Assembly (NCBI GenBank): GCA_016187335.1
Contig: JACPJW010000001.1
Span: forward strand, 96,001-160,000
Source: Candidatus Aenigmatarchaeota archaeon
GTDB taxonomy: Archaea > Aenigmatarchaeota > Aenigmatarchaeia > GW2011-AR5
Reading direction: 5' to 3'
DNA: 64,000 bases
Shown here: positions 44,479-54,018 of the stretch, piece by piece
How the letters are laid out: each line of letters opens with the position of its first letter
How positions within the stretch are numbered: the first letter of the stretch is position 1
Notes under the pieces: model-generated
What the model saw: the letters and a program-made list of their open reading frames with translations, nothing else
Database searches by the model: none
Told to the model about the DNA's origin: nothing
Position numbers and translations under genes: made by a program

Positions 44479-45726
44479 ATGCCGTACGATGTCAAGGATA
44501 TTTCTTTGGCGGAGCAGGGAAAAAAGCAGATAGAGCTGGCGGAAGCCCGGATGAAAGGGCTGCTGAAAATAAGGCGGCGCTTTGCCGAGGAAAAGCCCCT
44601 TTCAGGCCTGCGCATAGGCATGGCCCTGCACATCACGAAGGAAACCGCTGTGCTCGTTAGGACGCTGCACGCAGGCGGCGCTTCTGTGGCAATAACAGGC
44701 TGCAACCCGCTCAGCACGCAGGACGACGTTGCCGCGGCCCTGGCAGAAGAGGGTTTCGCTGTTTTCGGATGGAAGGGCGAAACGAACAGGGAATATTACG
44801 ACAACCTCAACAGGGTCCTTGAAACAAAGCCGAACATCACCATAGACGACGGCTGCGACCTTGTGACCGAGGTCCATACAAAAAGAAAAGAGCTTCTCAA
44901 AAACATCATCGGAGGCGCCGAGGAAACGACGACAGGCGTCATCAGGCTCAGGGCAATGGAAAAAGACGGCGCGCTGAAATACCCTATCATAGCTGTGAAT
45001 GACTCGAAGACAAAGCACCTGATGGACAATTATATCGGCACCGGGCAGAGCACGATTGACGGCATTCTTCGCGCGACAAACATTCTTCTGGCCGGAAAAA
45101 ATTTTGTCGTCTGCGGCTACGGGAGCTGCGGCAAGGGCGTTGCAATGCGCGCGAAGGGCATGGGCGCGAACGTTATTGTAACAGAGGTGGACCCCTTCAG
45201 GGCTGTACAGGCATTGATGGACGGTTATCGCGTCATGCCGATGGGCAAGGCAGCGGAAACCGGCGACATATTTGTAACGGTGACCGGCTCAAAGCACGTC
45301 ATATCCCTTGATGATGCAAAGAAGATGAAGGACGGCGCTGTCCTCGCTAACGCCGGCCATTTCAACATAGAGATAGACCTGGATTCTCTGGAAAAAACAG
45401 CGAAGAAAAGAAACATAAGGCCTTTCATGGATGAGTACACCCTCAATGGAAAAAGGCTTTACGTTTTGGGCGAAGGCCGCCTGGTCAACCTTGCGGCTGC
45501 AGAAGGGCACCCTTCGGAAATAATGAGCATGTCTTTCATGAACCAGGCCCTTGCTGCTGAATACATTGCAAAGAATCACCGGAACCTTGAGCCGAAAATC
45601 TACAGGCTGCCGGACGACATAGACAGCATGGTCGCCAAAATCCAGCTGGAAGCTTTGGGCGTCGAAATTGATTCGTTAACTCCAGCGCAGAAAAAATATC
45701 TGGAATCGTGGAGTGAAGGGACATAA
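44479..45726 (+). CDS. ahcY: S-adenosylhomocysteine hydrolase
   Basis: [43 protein letters not shown]. Confidence 0.97.
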   Translation: MPYDVKDISLAEQGKKQIELAEARMKGLLKIRRRFAEEKPLSGLRIGMALHITKETAVLVRTLHAGGASVAITGCNPLSTQDDVAAALAEEGFAVFGWKGETNREYYDNLNRVLETKPNITIDDGCDLVTEVHTKRKELLKNIIGGAEETTTGVIRLRAMEKDGALKYPIIAVNDSKTKHLMDNYIGTGQSTIDGILRATNILLAGKNFVVCGYGSCGKGVAMRAKGMGANVIVTEVDPFRAVQALMDGYRVMPMGKAAETGDIFVTVTGSKHVISLDDAKKMKDGAVLANAGHFNIEIDLDSLEKTAKKRNIRPFMDEYTLNGKRLYVLGEGRLVNLAAAEGHPSEIMSMSFMNQALAAEYIAKNHRNLEPKIYRLPDDIDSMVAKIQLEALGVEIDSLTPAQKKYLESWSEGT

Positions 45727-45743
45727 TTCTGAAGGCTGTTGTT

Positions 45744-46310
45744 ATGGACTACGTCCACAGAAGAGTTGCTTCCGCAATAATAACCCTGGCAGACATAATG
45801 GAACCGGGTCAGTATGTTATGCCTGTTGCTCTGGACGGGGCAGTTGCTTATCATTTATCACGTTTTCGCTGGATGAGAAAAGGATTAAATCCGGAAGACC
45901 AGCTGGGCAATACAATCCAGGCAACGTCAAGGCTTGGTGAAATGGACGAGGCTAAATTCAGAAGAATATTGCAGGACGCTTACTCTGCCGATAAATCTGT
46001 ATACGCATTGGATATCAGGACAAAAACAGGCAGGCTTGGCTCAATGCTGAGAGGCATAGCGGGCAGCACAAGCACCAGGTTTCTTTATGCTGTCCTTTTT
46101 GACCCCAATCACGTGGCTGACATAATGGCTTCTGATGAAGATCTGACAGATGAGGAAAGGTCTCATATTTACTGGACACCGACCCGCGAAGCTCAGCAAG
46201 AATTTATCAGAAAAGAAGGCAATTTGTGGGTTTATAACTTAAGCCATGATGCCCTCAGCAGGCTTGACCACGTTCAGCCGATAAAAGACCTGCTGATGCA
46301 GCTAGGCTGA
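45744..46310 (+). CDS. Hypothetical protein (ORFan)
   Basis: 188-aa ORF; no motif recognised. Confidence 0.55.
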   Translation: MDYVHRRVASAIITLADIMEPGQYVMPVALDGAVAYHLSRFRWMRKGLNPEDQLGNTIQATSRLGEMDEAKFRRILQDAYSADKSVYALDIRTKTGRLGSMLRGIAGSTSTRFLYAVLFDPNHVADIMASDEDLTDEERSHIYWTPTREAQQEFIRKEGNLWVYNLSHDALSRLDHVQPIKDLLMQLG

Positions 46311-46356
46311 TTCTTTTTCGGCTTGATTATTAAAATATTCTTCTCCTACTTTTATC

Positions 46357-47514
46357 ATGCTTGAGTTAGCTTTGGTAGGCGCGCCGAACAGCGGGAAATC
46401 CACGTTCTTCAAGGCAGCAACATTGAAAGACGTGAAGATTGCTCCTTATCCTTTCACAACGCTGGAGCCCAACGAGGGCTTGGCCTATGTCACGGCAAAA
46501 TGCGTCTGTGCGGAACTAGGCACGAAATGCATTCATTGCATCGACAATGTGCGCTTCGTTCCAGTGAAATTATGGGACGTCGCAGGTCTTGTCCCTGAGG
46601 CGCACCTTGGAAAAGGAAGGGGAAACGAGTTTCTCACGGACGTGATGAAGGCTTCGGGGTTTATCCAGATCGTGGACGCTTCCGGCAGAACGGACAGTGA
46701 GGGAAACCCATCGCAGGAATTTGACCCTTCAAAAACCGTTGGTATGCTGGAAAAGGAACTGGACTACTGGCTGTTATCGCTCATCAAAAAAGACTGGCGC
46801 GCCATCCAGCAGGACGCTGATTTTTCCAAAACCATAGCGGCGCGCCTCTCGGGCCTCGGCTTCAGCGAAGGAGTTGTGAAAAGAACTGCGGAAAAACTGG
46901 GCGCCGGCAAGGGCAGCGAAGACCTGCTGCTCCTTGATTTCCTGAGCGCGCTGCGCAAGCAGGCAAAGCCTGCGGTGATCGCTGCGAACAAGTGCGACGT
47001 GCGCGGCGCACGGAGTAACTTAGAAAAAATGCGCTCGGAATTCTCTGAATATCCGGCAATACCGACGTCAGCGGAAATTGAGCTGGCGCTGAAAGAGGCG
47101 TCAAAAGAAGAAATGATAGAATACACGCCAGGCAACAGCAGCATAAAAATAATCAGCGAAGATAAAATGAACCAGAAGCAGAAATTCGCCGTCAGCTTTA
47201 TGTCCGAATTTCTGAAAGAGCATGGCAGCACGGGCGTTCAGCAGTGCCTGAACACTTTGGTCTTTGAACTGCTCGACATGATAGTTGTTTATCCCGTAGC
47301 GGATGTGCACAAATTCACTGACAAGCACGGCAACGTACTGCCTGATGCCTATCTGATGAAGAAAGGTTCCACAGCGCTTGACCTCGCCTTCGCCATACAC
47401 CAGGACTTCGGCCACAAGTTCATTGCCGCAGTGGACGCAAGGACAGGCAGGAACGTATCAGCGAATTATGTTTTGCAGAACAACGACGTGCTTTCAATAA
47501 AGAGCGGGAAATGA
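46357..47514 (+). CDS. ychF: YchF/OLA1-family translation-associated GTPase/ATPase with TGS domain
   Basis: GAPNSGKST, YPFTT, DVAGLV, NKCD, IHQD TGS domain. Confidence 0.92.
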   Translation: MLELALVGAPNSGKSTFFKAATLKDVKIAPYPFTTLEPNEGLAYVTAKCVCAELGTKCIHCIDNVRFVPVKLWDVAGLVPEAHLGKGRGNEFLTDVMKASGFIQIVDASGRTDSEGNPSQEFDPSKTVGMLEKELDYWLLSLIKKDWRAIQQDADFSKTIAARLSGLGFSEGVVKRTAEKLGAGKGSEDLLLLDFLSALRKQAKPAVIAANKCDVRGARSNLEKMRSEFSEYPAIPTSAEIELALKEASKEEMIEYTPGNSSIKIISEDKMNQKQKFAVSFMSEFLKEHGSTGVQQCLNTLVFELLDMIVVYPVADVHKFTDKHGNVLPDAYLMKKGSTALDLAFAIHQDFGHKFIAAVDARTGRNVSANYVLQNNDVLSIKSGK

Positions 47515-47591
47515 TTGTCAAAGCGGAAGGAAAAGTTCACGTCAGATGCTTATCAGAATAATTTTCAATTCGTACTTTCCTTTTGTCTTGA

Positions 47592-48575
47592 TTATTTCTT
47601 CCCGAAAGCGCCGGCTACAATCAGCGGGAAAATTATCGTCGCATCGCCCTCGACATTGACGGAGGAAGCGGCGAAAGCCTGCTTGCCCCATGACACGGCT
47701 TCTTCCGTTCGCGCACCGGAAACAGAACCGTCGCCTTCCGTTCCTGTGGTTATGTAAACGGTGTAATCGGTCCCGCCCCTTGCAAGATTGGCGTTCATTA
47801 TGTGGTGCTTCGGCAGGGAGCCGCCTAAAATTATGGCTCCGGTTTTCTTCGAGTCCATTGCGATGTCCGTGAGAAGTTTCAGGTCAGCAGCAATATCCAC
47901 TTTGAAGTCCGGGTGCTCGTGCATGAAGAAATACATCATGTCGCCTATGCTGCCGTCTGTGAGCGCAGGGCAGAAGACCGGTATGCTGTTGCGCGCCGCC
48001 CAATACAAAACCGAGTTTTCATCCTTGGCGAGCATTCCCAACCTTCTGGAAAATTCGCTGGCACTGATGATTTTTCCCGTCTTCTTCTGCTCTTTGTGCA
48101 ATTCCGAAAAGAACGGCATCATCAGTTTCTCAAACTCAATGTAGCATTCCGTCGGCACCAGTATGTTTCCTATCCTGTTTATGCCCGCTTCGCGCAGCTT
48201 CCTGTCGTCCATCCTGAAAGAGCCTAGAACAAAAGGACGCAGCGTTTTTATCACGTCCTCCTCAACGCCGCCGGCTGTTGTGACAAGGACGTCAACGTAC
48301 CTGTTCTTAACAAGATAAGCAATAACTTCGCGCAGGCCCGAGGAAACCATGTTGGAAGTGTATCCGAGGAATATCGTCGCCTTCTCCTGCCTCATCTGCT
48401 TTATGATGTCCACGGCTGTTTTCAGGTTCGTTGCCTGGAATCCTGTGGTGCCGTATTTTTCCAGAAATTCTTCAATGCTGAACGTTTTTGAGAAATCATA
48501 TCCTCTGACGGCTGTCCCTTTCGCCGGCTTGCTTTTCTTCAGAATATTCTTTCTCGCCTTTTCCAGATTGTCCAT
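47592..48575 (-). CDS. dys: Deoxyhypusine synthase
   Basis: GFQAT, YTSNMVSSG, TTAGGVEED, GGSLPKHH, EAVSWGK. Confidence 0.95.
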   Translation of the reverse strand: MDNLEKARKNILKKSKPAKGTAVRGYDFSKTFSIEEFLEKYGTTGFQATNLKTAVDIIKQMRQEKATIFLGYTSNMVSSGLREVIAYLVKNRYVDVLVTTAGGVEEDVIKTLRPFVLGSFRMDDRKLREAGINRIGNILVPTECYIEFEKLMMPFFSELHKEQKKTGKIISASEFSRRLGMLAKDENSVLYWAARNSIPVFCPALTDGSIGDMMYFFMHEHPDFKVDIAADLKLLTDIAMDSKKTGAIILGGSLPKHHIMNANLARGGTDYTVYITTGTEGDGSVSGARTEEAVSWGKQAFAASSVNVEGDATIIFPLIVAGAFGKK

Positions 48576-48625
48576 TCAAAGACTCTTTGTAAAAAACATT
48601 TAAAGAGCTGAAAGAAAGCTTGTCT

Positions 48626-50269
48626 ATGCATCCGTTTGCGCAGTTCCGCAAGGAATGCGAAGAGTTGTGCGGCGAAAACGCGCGGTTTCTGGAAGAGCCC
48701 AAGGAGCACGCAGACCTCGCCCTGCCTTGCTTCCGCCTGGGCAGGAACCCTGTTGAGATAGCGAAGCAACTGGAAAAAGACCTGCAAAGCAGGATAAAGA
48801 AGGACTCGCTTGTAAAGGATGTGGAAGCGTCAGGTCCATATATTAATTTTTTCATCGACAACAAGAAATTTTCTCATATTGTTATTCAGCAGGTTTTAAA
48901 TGAAAAAGAAAAATACGGCTCGCAGCCGCGCATGAAAGAAAAGATAATGATTGAGTACGCCCATCCAAACACGCACAAGGCCTTCCACGTCGGCCACGTG
49001 CGGAACATCTGCATCGGCGAGGCCCTGTGCAGGCTGCTCGAAAAAAGCGGTTATAAAGTGATCCGCGCAAATTACCAAGGAGATATCGGGCCTCACGTCG
49101 CGAAATGCTTATGGGGCCTGCAGAACCTGGGCATGTCGCAGGAAAAGAACAAGGGCCTTTTTCTCGGTGACGTTTACGCCGCGGCAAACGCGAGGATGGA
49201 GGGGAACCCCCAGCTGGAATCGGAGATCCAGAAGATTAGTAGCGCCCTTTACAGGAGGAGCGACAAAAAACTGCTCCAGTTATGGAAAAAGACAAGGAAG
49301 TGGTCGCTTGACTACTTCGGCTCGATATACAAGGATTTTGGCGCGAAGTTTGACCACCTTTATTTCGAGAGCGAGGTCTTCGAGGAAGGAATAAGGATGG
49401 CTCGCGAGCTGCTCGAGAAGGGTGTCGCGGAGATGAGCGAAGGCGCCATAATTGCCGATTTGAAAAAGCAGGGGCTCGGGGTGTGTGTGATATTGAAAAG
49501 CGATGATGATCCGCTTTACTCGACGAAGGATCTTGGCCTGGTGAAAAAGCAGTTCAGTGAGTACAAGCCCGATAAAATAATCCATGTCGTGGGCTCGGAG
49601 CAGCGGCTGTACTTCCAGCAGATGTTCAAGATATTCGGCTTCATCAACCCTGACTGGGAAAGTAAGAACTACCATCTTTCCTATGAGCTTGTCATGCTGC
49701 AGACGGGCAAGATATCTTCAAGGGCGGGCAGCGTCGTGACTTACGAGCACCTGATCGAGGAAGGGACTGAAAAAGCGGTGGAAGAAATAAAGGAACGAGG
49801 CATCTCGGAAGAAAAAGCCGCGAAGGACATTGCCCTCGCAGCGGTAAAGTATGCCATGCTGAAAAGGGACACTGATAGGACCATAACTTTTGACTGGTCC
49901 GAAGTGCTTAATTTCGAGGGCGACACCGGGCCTTATTTGCAGTACACTTACGCCCGCGCCTTATCCATTTTACGCAAGAGCAAAAGGAAGCCCAAAGCCG
50001 CTCCGCTTTTTACTGAACTAGAGTTCGACCTTGCAAAGAAGCTTGCCATGTTTCCTGAAATCATTGAAAAGTCAGCAAGGGATTTGAAGCCGAACTATGT
50101 TGCAAATTATCTTTATGACCTGGCGACGCTGTTCAACAAATTCTATCATGAAACCCGTGTTGTCGGCACTAAGGAAGAAGAGACTCGCCTAGCGCTGGTT
50201 GCCGCAACGGCGCATGTTCTTAAAAACGGCATGGAAATACTAGGGATAAAAGCATTAGAGAAAATGTAA
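48626..50269 (+). CDS. argS: Arginine-tRNA ligase
   Basis: HVGH (HIGH), KISSR (KMSKS), FEGDTGPYLQYTYAR. Confidence 0.96.
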   Translation: MHPFAQFRKECEELCGENARFLEEPKEHADLALPCFRLGRNPVEIAKQLEKDLQSRIKKDSLVKDVEASGPYINFFIDNKKFSHIVIQQVLNEKEKYGSQPRMKEKIMIEYAHPNTHKAFHVGHVRNICIGEALCRLLEKSGYKVIRANYQGDIGPHVAKCLWGLQNLGMSQEKNKGLFLGDVYAAANARMEGNPQLESEIQKISSALYRRSDKKLLQLWKKTRKWSLDYFGSIYKDFGAKFDHLYFESEVFEEGIRMARELLEKGVAEMSEGAIIADLKKQGLGVCVILKSDDDPLYSTKDLGLVKKQFSEYKPDKIIHVVGSEQRLYFQQMFKIFGFINPDWESKNYHLSYELVMLQTGKISSRAGSVVTYEHLIEEGTEKAVEEIKERGISEEKAAKDIALAAVKYAMLKRDTDRTITFDWSEVLNFEGDTGPYLQYTYARALSILRKSKRKPKAAPLFTELEFDLAKKLAMFPEIIEKSARDLKPNYVANYLYDLATLFNKFYHETRVVGTKEEETRLALVAATAHVLKNGMEILGIKALEKM

Positions 50270-50306
50270 TATGGTCTAGAAAGAATTTCAAAGAAATTCT
50301 TGGTAG
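50268..50306. repeat. 39-nt family-2 hairpin, covarying partner of 8391-8429
   Basis: AATATGGTCTAGAAAGAATTTCAAAGAAATTCTTGGTAG. Confidence 0.85.
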
Positions 50307-50332
50307 GCATCAAGGCATTGGAGAAGATGTAG
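50306..50332 (+). repeat. Synonymously recoded orphan copy of the argS 3' end
   Basis: GGC ATC AAG GCA TTG GAG AAG ATG TAG versus GGG ATA AAA GCA TTA GAG AAA ATG TAA (50243-50269); both read GIKALEKM*. Confidence 0.88.
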
Positions 50333-50402
50333 GCAAAAACTATCATTGCGTAGTGAAGCGGAAAATAAAGTTTTTTAATCCTTTTCCCTGCTATTTTTCA
50401 TT

Positions 50403-50906
50403 ATGTTCTTCTCAGAAATCTACGGTTCGTGGAGGAAAATACAGGAAGAGAAATACGAGGGCTTGTGGAGCATCCTCGGGAGGGATTTCTTCGCGGCGTT
50501 TGAAAAAAGGCGCGTTCTTGACCTGGGGTGCGGCTCCGGGTATTTTGAGTCGTTCCTGCGCAGCAGGGGCGTGAACGCCGGGATAATCAGCGTTGACGTT
50601 GAATTTACAAAAAAGGTTTCCCCGTTTGTCATTGCGGACGGCGATTCGCTGCCTTTCAGGGACGGTTCTTTTGATATTGTAGTCTGCGTGGACACTGCCC
50701 ACCTCTTAGGCGGCAGCGATTTCCGCCGCGTTCTGCGCAAAAACGGTATTCTGCTGATGAGCGTTTTCTTCAACGGCACAAATTACGGGGAGCGCGCTGA
50801 AATGCTGAAGGAAAAGCTTGGCGGCTTTGAAATTCTGCTGGAATTTGAAACCGGTAAGAGGGAAAGGGACTGCGTAATTGTTGCAAAAAACTCAATGACC
50901 AGTTAA
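50403..50906 (+). CDS. Class I SAM-dependent methyltransferase
   Basis: VLDLGCGSG, DGDSLPFRDGSFD. Confidence 0.85.
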   Translation: MFFSEIYGSWRKIQEEKYEGLWSILGRDFFAAFEKRRVLDLGCGSGYFESFLRSRGVNAGIISVDVEFTKKVSPFVIADGDSLPFRDGSFDIVVCVDTAHLLGGSDFRRVLRKNGILLMSVFFNGTNYGERAEMLKEKLGGFEILLEFETGKRERDCVIVAKNSMTS

Positions 50907-50933
50907 AATAGAAATAAAAAATATAAGAAGAAA

Positions 50934-51161
50934 TCAGACCTTCTTTATTGCGTCGGAAAGAAAATCGATGATTTCTTTTTCCACGGGCACTGCGATGCTT
51001 TTCTTGTAGCGCCTTTCGCCCGTCCTTGTCATGAAGCCGCGGGAAATTGAAATGAATTCGTTTTCCCCTTCTTCCGTGACCGCTTTCTTTCTGGCTATTT
51101 CCAGGAAATTGGAAGAGCCGAACTTTATCTCCTCGCTTTTGATTGTTTCAAATGTTACCAT
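50934..51161 (-). CDS. Small nucleic-acid-binding protein, possibly PC4-like fold
   Basis: Beta-rich; FLEIARK, FISISRGF, KSIAVP; GAGGTG SD. Confidence 0.5.
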   Translation of the reverse strand: MVTFETIKSEEIKFGSSNFLEIARKKAVTEEGENEFISISRGFMTRTGERRYKKSIAVPVEKEIIDFLSDAIKKV

Positions 51162-51351
51162 GTTGCCACCTCGTTGTCGCTTGACGCAAAATCGCGTGAA
51201 TCATGAATTGCTTCGGGTTGTCTTGCGTCTGTTTTTGTTTTCAAACTTTGTTTTCGTTTAGGTTTCTTCCGTTTTGGTTCCTTTCGGTTATGACCGGACT
51301 TTCTGGTTTTTGGTTAAACTTTTTTATAAAAAGGTTGCTTGAAAGAAAAAA

Positions 51352-51597
51352 TCACTTCTTCTTCTCGGCGCGTTCGCGCGCTTCCCATTTCATGTCTTCG
51401 TACTCAATCCAGGCGATGAGAAAGCCCAGGAACGCAAGGAACGCCCCGAAAGTCCCGAAGAACACCGTCTTCAGTGCGCTCCATGTATTAACGCCGAACA
51501 CGCTCCCGTTCCCGAACCAGGGGGTTGAAACGGCGTACCAATAAATGCCTGCGAATAAAATTAGCAGCCCTATGATCATTTTAACTGCTGAATTCAT
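51352..51597 (-). CDS. Small two-TM membrane protein
   Basis: Two hydrophobic helices and a charged tail WIEYEDMK. Confidence 0.7.
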   Translation of the reverse strand: MNSAVKMIIGLLILFAGIYWYAVSTPWFGNGSVFGVNTWSALKTVFFGTFGAFLAFLGFLIAWIEYEDMKWEARERAEKKK

Positions 51598-51658
51598 TTT
51601 TTATCCACCTCTGGTTTACGTGATTATGTTTGTCGCAAAGCTTTTTAAACGCTATTGC

Positions 51659-51724
51659 TACAAGAACATACCGCTAGATATTTTATTAGTGGTATGTTCT
51701 GTACAATGAGAACGTACGTTCTCA
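51659..51724. repeat. Palindrome sharing both arms with 32196-32250, plus a second palindrome TGAGAACG-TA-CGTTCTCA
   Basis: Reverse complement has TACAGAACATACCACT (16 nt) and GGTATGTTCTTGTA (14 nt), identical to the 32196-32250 arms. Confidence 0.85.
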
Positions 51725-51767
51725 TTATAAAAGCAATTGTCGGATTTTTTTTTTGAAGGTGCCAAAA

Positions 51768-52325
51768 ATGGTTCATCAATATTTGCGGGAAGCGTGGAAA
51801 AAGCCCAGACAGACCGGCGAACAAAAACAGACCGACGAACGAAATTCGTCAAGCAACTTTGCGTCTATCGGTTCTCTTGTAAAGGATAAAGTGACAAAGT
51901 GGAGAAAGCAGGGAGTTGTTGTTCGTATTGACAAACCGACCAGGATTGACCGCGCCCGCTCTCTGGGTTACAAGGCGAAGCAGGGCTTTGTAATTGCAAG
52001 GGTGCGGATCAAGAAAGGCGGCAGAAGGCGCCACACAATAAGAAAAGGCAGAAAGCCGACGAAGGTCGGGCTTCGCCACTACACGCCTGAGAGAAGCAAG
52101 CAGTCAATAGCGGAAACCCGCGTTGCCGGAAGGTTTCCCAACATGGAGGTTCTGAATTCATACTACATCGGCGAGGACGGGAAATACAATTATTACGAGG
52201 TCATCCTTGTCGACTCCAATCATCCGGCAATAAGAAACGACAAAAGGATTTCGTGGATTGCCCGCCAGCGGCGGCGCGCATACAGGGGCCTGACATCAGC
52301 GGCAAAGAAATCAAGGGCGCTCTGA
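51768..52325 (+). CDS. rpl15e: Ribosomal protein L15e with an apparent N-terminal insertion
   Basis: YLREAWKKP, PTRIDRARSLGYKAKQG, EVLNSY..GEDG.Y..YEVILVD; GAAGGTG SD before ATG 51768. Confidence 0.95.
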   Translation: MVHQYLREAWKKPRQTGEQKQTDERNSSSNFASIGSLVKDKVTKWRKQGVVVRIDKPTRIDRARSLGYKAKQGFVIARVRIKKGGRRRHTIRKGRKPTKVGLRHYTPERSKQSIAETRVAGRFPNMEVLNSYYIGEDGKYNYYEVILVDSNHPAIRNDKRISWIARQRRRAYRGLTSAAKKSRAL

Positions 52326-52446
52326 TTCTTCCGTTTTAAAAGATTCCCGTCCTAAATTATTGCAAGGGCAGAACGCAGGATGGCATGAAGAAAGCAGCGG
52401 CGAACTTCGGCGCTTGCGATGTTGATGAAGCTCTTTGGTGGTAGTT

Positions 52447-53157
52447 ATGCCCTTCTACGACATGCATGTTCACACTACTCTTTCTATAGGCGAAAATACG
52501 CTGGGTGACATAGCGGATTTCGCGAAAAAGCTCGGCCTGAACGGCCTTGGCATTGTCAGGTATTACAGCGGCGGGAAAATCGAGCAACTGGCAAAAAGAA
52601 GCGACATTGATATCGTTGATGCGGTTATGCTCAAGCCTGCCAGCCCTGAAGAGCTGAACAGGCTGGCTGAGAAAGTTAGAGCAAGATCAGAAATCCTGAT
52701 GGTCCACGGCGGCAACTACGACGTGAACCGCGCCGCGTGCGAGAACCCGCTCATTGATGTTTTATGCCACCCGGAGCTTGGCAGGAACGACAGCGGCATT
52801 GACCATATTGTAGCAAAGGCGGCTGCTGAAAATGACGTTGCTGTTGAAATTAATTTCCGCGAGGTTCTGGAATCCTACAAGAGGCAGCGGGTGCATATTT
52901 TGTCAAGCATGAGGAAAAACGTGAAGCTGTGCGAGAAATACGAGGCGAAGATAATCACGGCTTCCGGCGCTATCTCAAAATGGAACATGCGCCCCGGCCG
53001 CGACCTGGCCGCACTGAGCCATTTGTTGGGCCTTGAGCTGGGAAAAGCGATAGACACTGTCACAACAATACCCGAAGAAATGGTAAGAGCGAACAGGGAG
53101 AAATTGGAAGGCAAAAGGTGGGAAGGAGTCAGCATTGTAGAGGAAGGTGGGGAATAG
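52447..53157 (+). CDS. rnp3: RNase P protein component 3 (Rpp30)
   Basis: PHP-like barrel, NRAACE, AVEINF; in the rpl15e-rnp3-rnp2 context. Confidence 0.88.
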   Translation: MPFYDMHVHTTLSIGENTLGDIADFAKKLGLNGLGIVRYYSGGKIEQLAKRSDIDIVDAVMLKPASPEELNRLAEKVRARSEILMVHGGNYDVNRAACENPLIDVLCHPELGRNDSGIDHIVAKAAAENDVAVEINFREVLESYKRQRVHILSSMRKNVKLCEKYEAKIITASGAISKWNMRPGRDLAALSHLLGLELGKAIDTVTTIPEEMVRANREKLEGKRWEGVSIVEEGGE

Positions 53158-53477
53158 TGAAAATAAGCAAAGCACAGAAAATCGTGAAGGAATTTGCAAA
53201 GCGCAACAAATGGAAAGATGACCCGAACATAGACAAGTTCGACCATGTTCACGAGGAGCTAATAGAAATGTCAAGGCATTTGCGTTACAAGGAACTGGAA
53301 GAGCGCAAAAAAATCATCAAGGAAAGAAAAGAAGTTTTTGAGGACGGCATAGGTGATTTGCTTTTTGTTGTCATGCGCCTTTCAAACCAGCTTGGAATTG
53401 ATGCCGAGAAAGCTTTCGAAAAAGTAAAGAGAAGAATAACGAAAAGGTACGATAGGAAAAGCGAAGGAAAGAAGTGA
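53157..53477 (+). CDS. MazG-like nucleotide pyrophosphohydrolase
   Basis: HEELIE..., EDGIGDLLF motif; GTG start overlapping the rnp3 stop. Confidence 0.75.
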   Translation: MKISKAQKIVKEFAKRNKWKDDPNIDKFDHVHEELIEMSRHLRYKELEERKKIIKERKEVFEDGIGDLLFVVMRLSNQLGIDAEKAFEKVKRRITKRYDRKSEGKK

Positions 53478-53518
53478 AGATGAAAATGCGAAATTCGAAT
53501 TGACCGTGGTGAATAGTC

Positions 53519-53884
53519 ATGTCAGAACCCAAGATGCTGCCGCCGAGCATGCGCTCGCAGAAGCGCTATGTTGTATTTGAAATCATCAGCGAGCACAAAG
53601 TCGCTTATCCTGACATCGTCACGGCTGTATGGGCGAACATGTTGGGATTCCTGGGTGAAGCCGCGGCGAGCGAAGCAAAGATATGGAACATAAAAAACCT
53701 GTACGACGAGTCCCAGCAGAAGGGCGTCATAAGGTGTGCGCACGACCGCGTGGAGCATATAAGGACTGTCCTGTCCCTGATGCAGATAATCGGCGAATCC
53801 CGGTGCGTTGTACGGGTCGTCGGAGTGACAGGCACGATAAAGGCTGCCAGAAACAAGTATCTTTCTAAAGAAGCGGAGAAGTAG
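53519..53884 (+). CDS. rnp2: RNase P protein component 2 (Pop5/Rpp14)
   Basis: LPPSMRSQKRYVVF, GVTGTIKAA. Confidence 0.9.
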   Translation: MSEPKMLPPSMRSQKRYVVFEIISEHKVAYPDIVTAVWANMLGFLGEAAASEAKIWNIKNLYDESQQKGVIRCAHDRVEHIRTVLSLMQIIGESRCVVRVVGVTGTIKAARNKYLSKEAEK

Positions 53885-54018
53885 GAGAAAAATTTCAGCT
53901 TCCGGGGGAACTTAGGTTCTTCTGTATAAAAGGTTTTCTTTATTGGAAAATAGAAGGTAGCTTTATTGGTTTTTGGAAACAAGGAATGTTTGGAGTGAAT
54001 CATAGGGTGATTTTGGAT

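Noticed and set aside
47515-47591. Possible recoded ychF tail or degenerate family-1 repeat
   Set aside because: Similarity is short and does not preserve the reading frame.
51285-51310. AGAAAGTCCGG (minus strand) resembling the RNase P RNA CR-I motif
   Set aside because: No matching CR-V or P4 partner is present, and the region is too short and A-rich.
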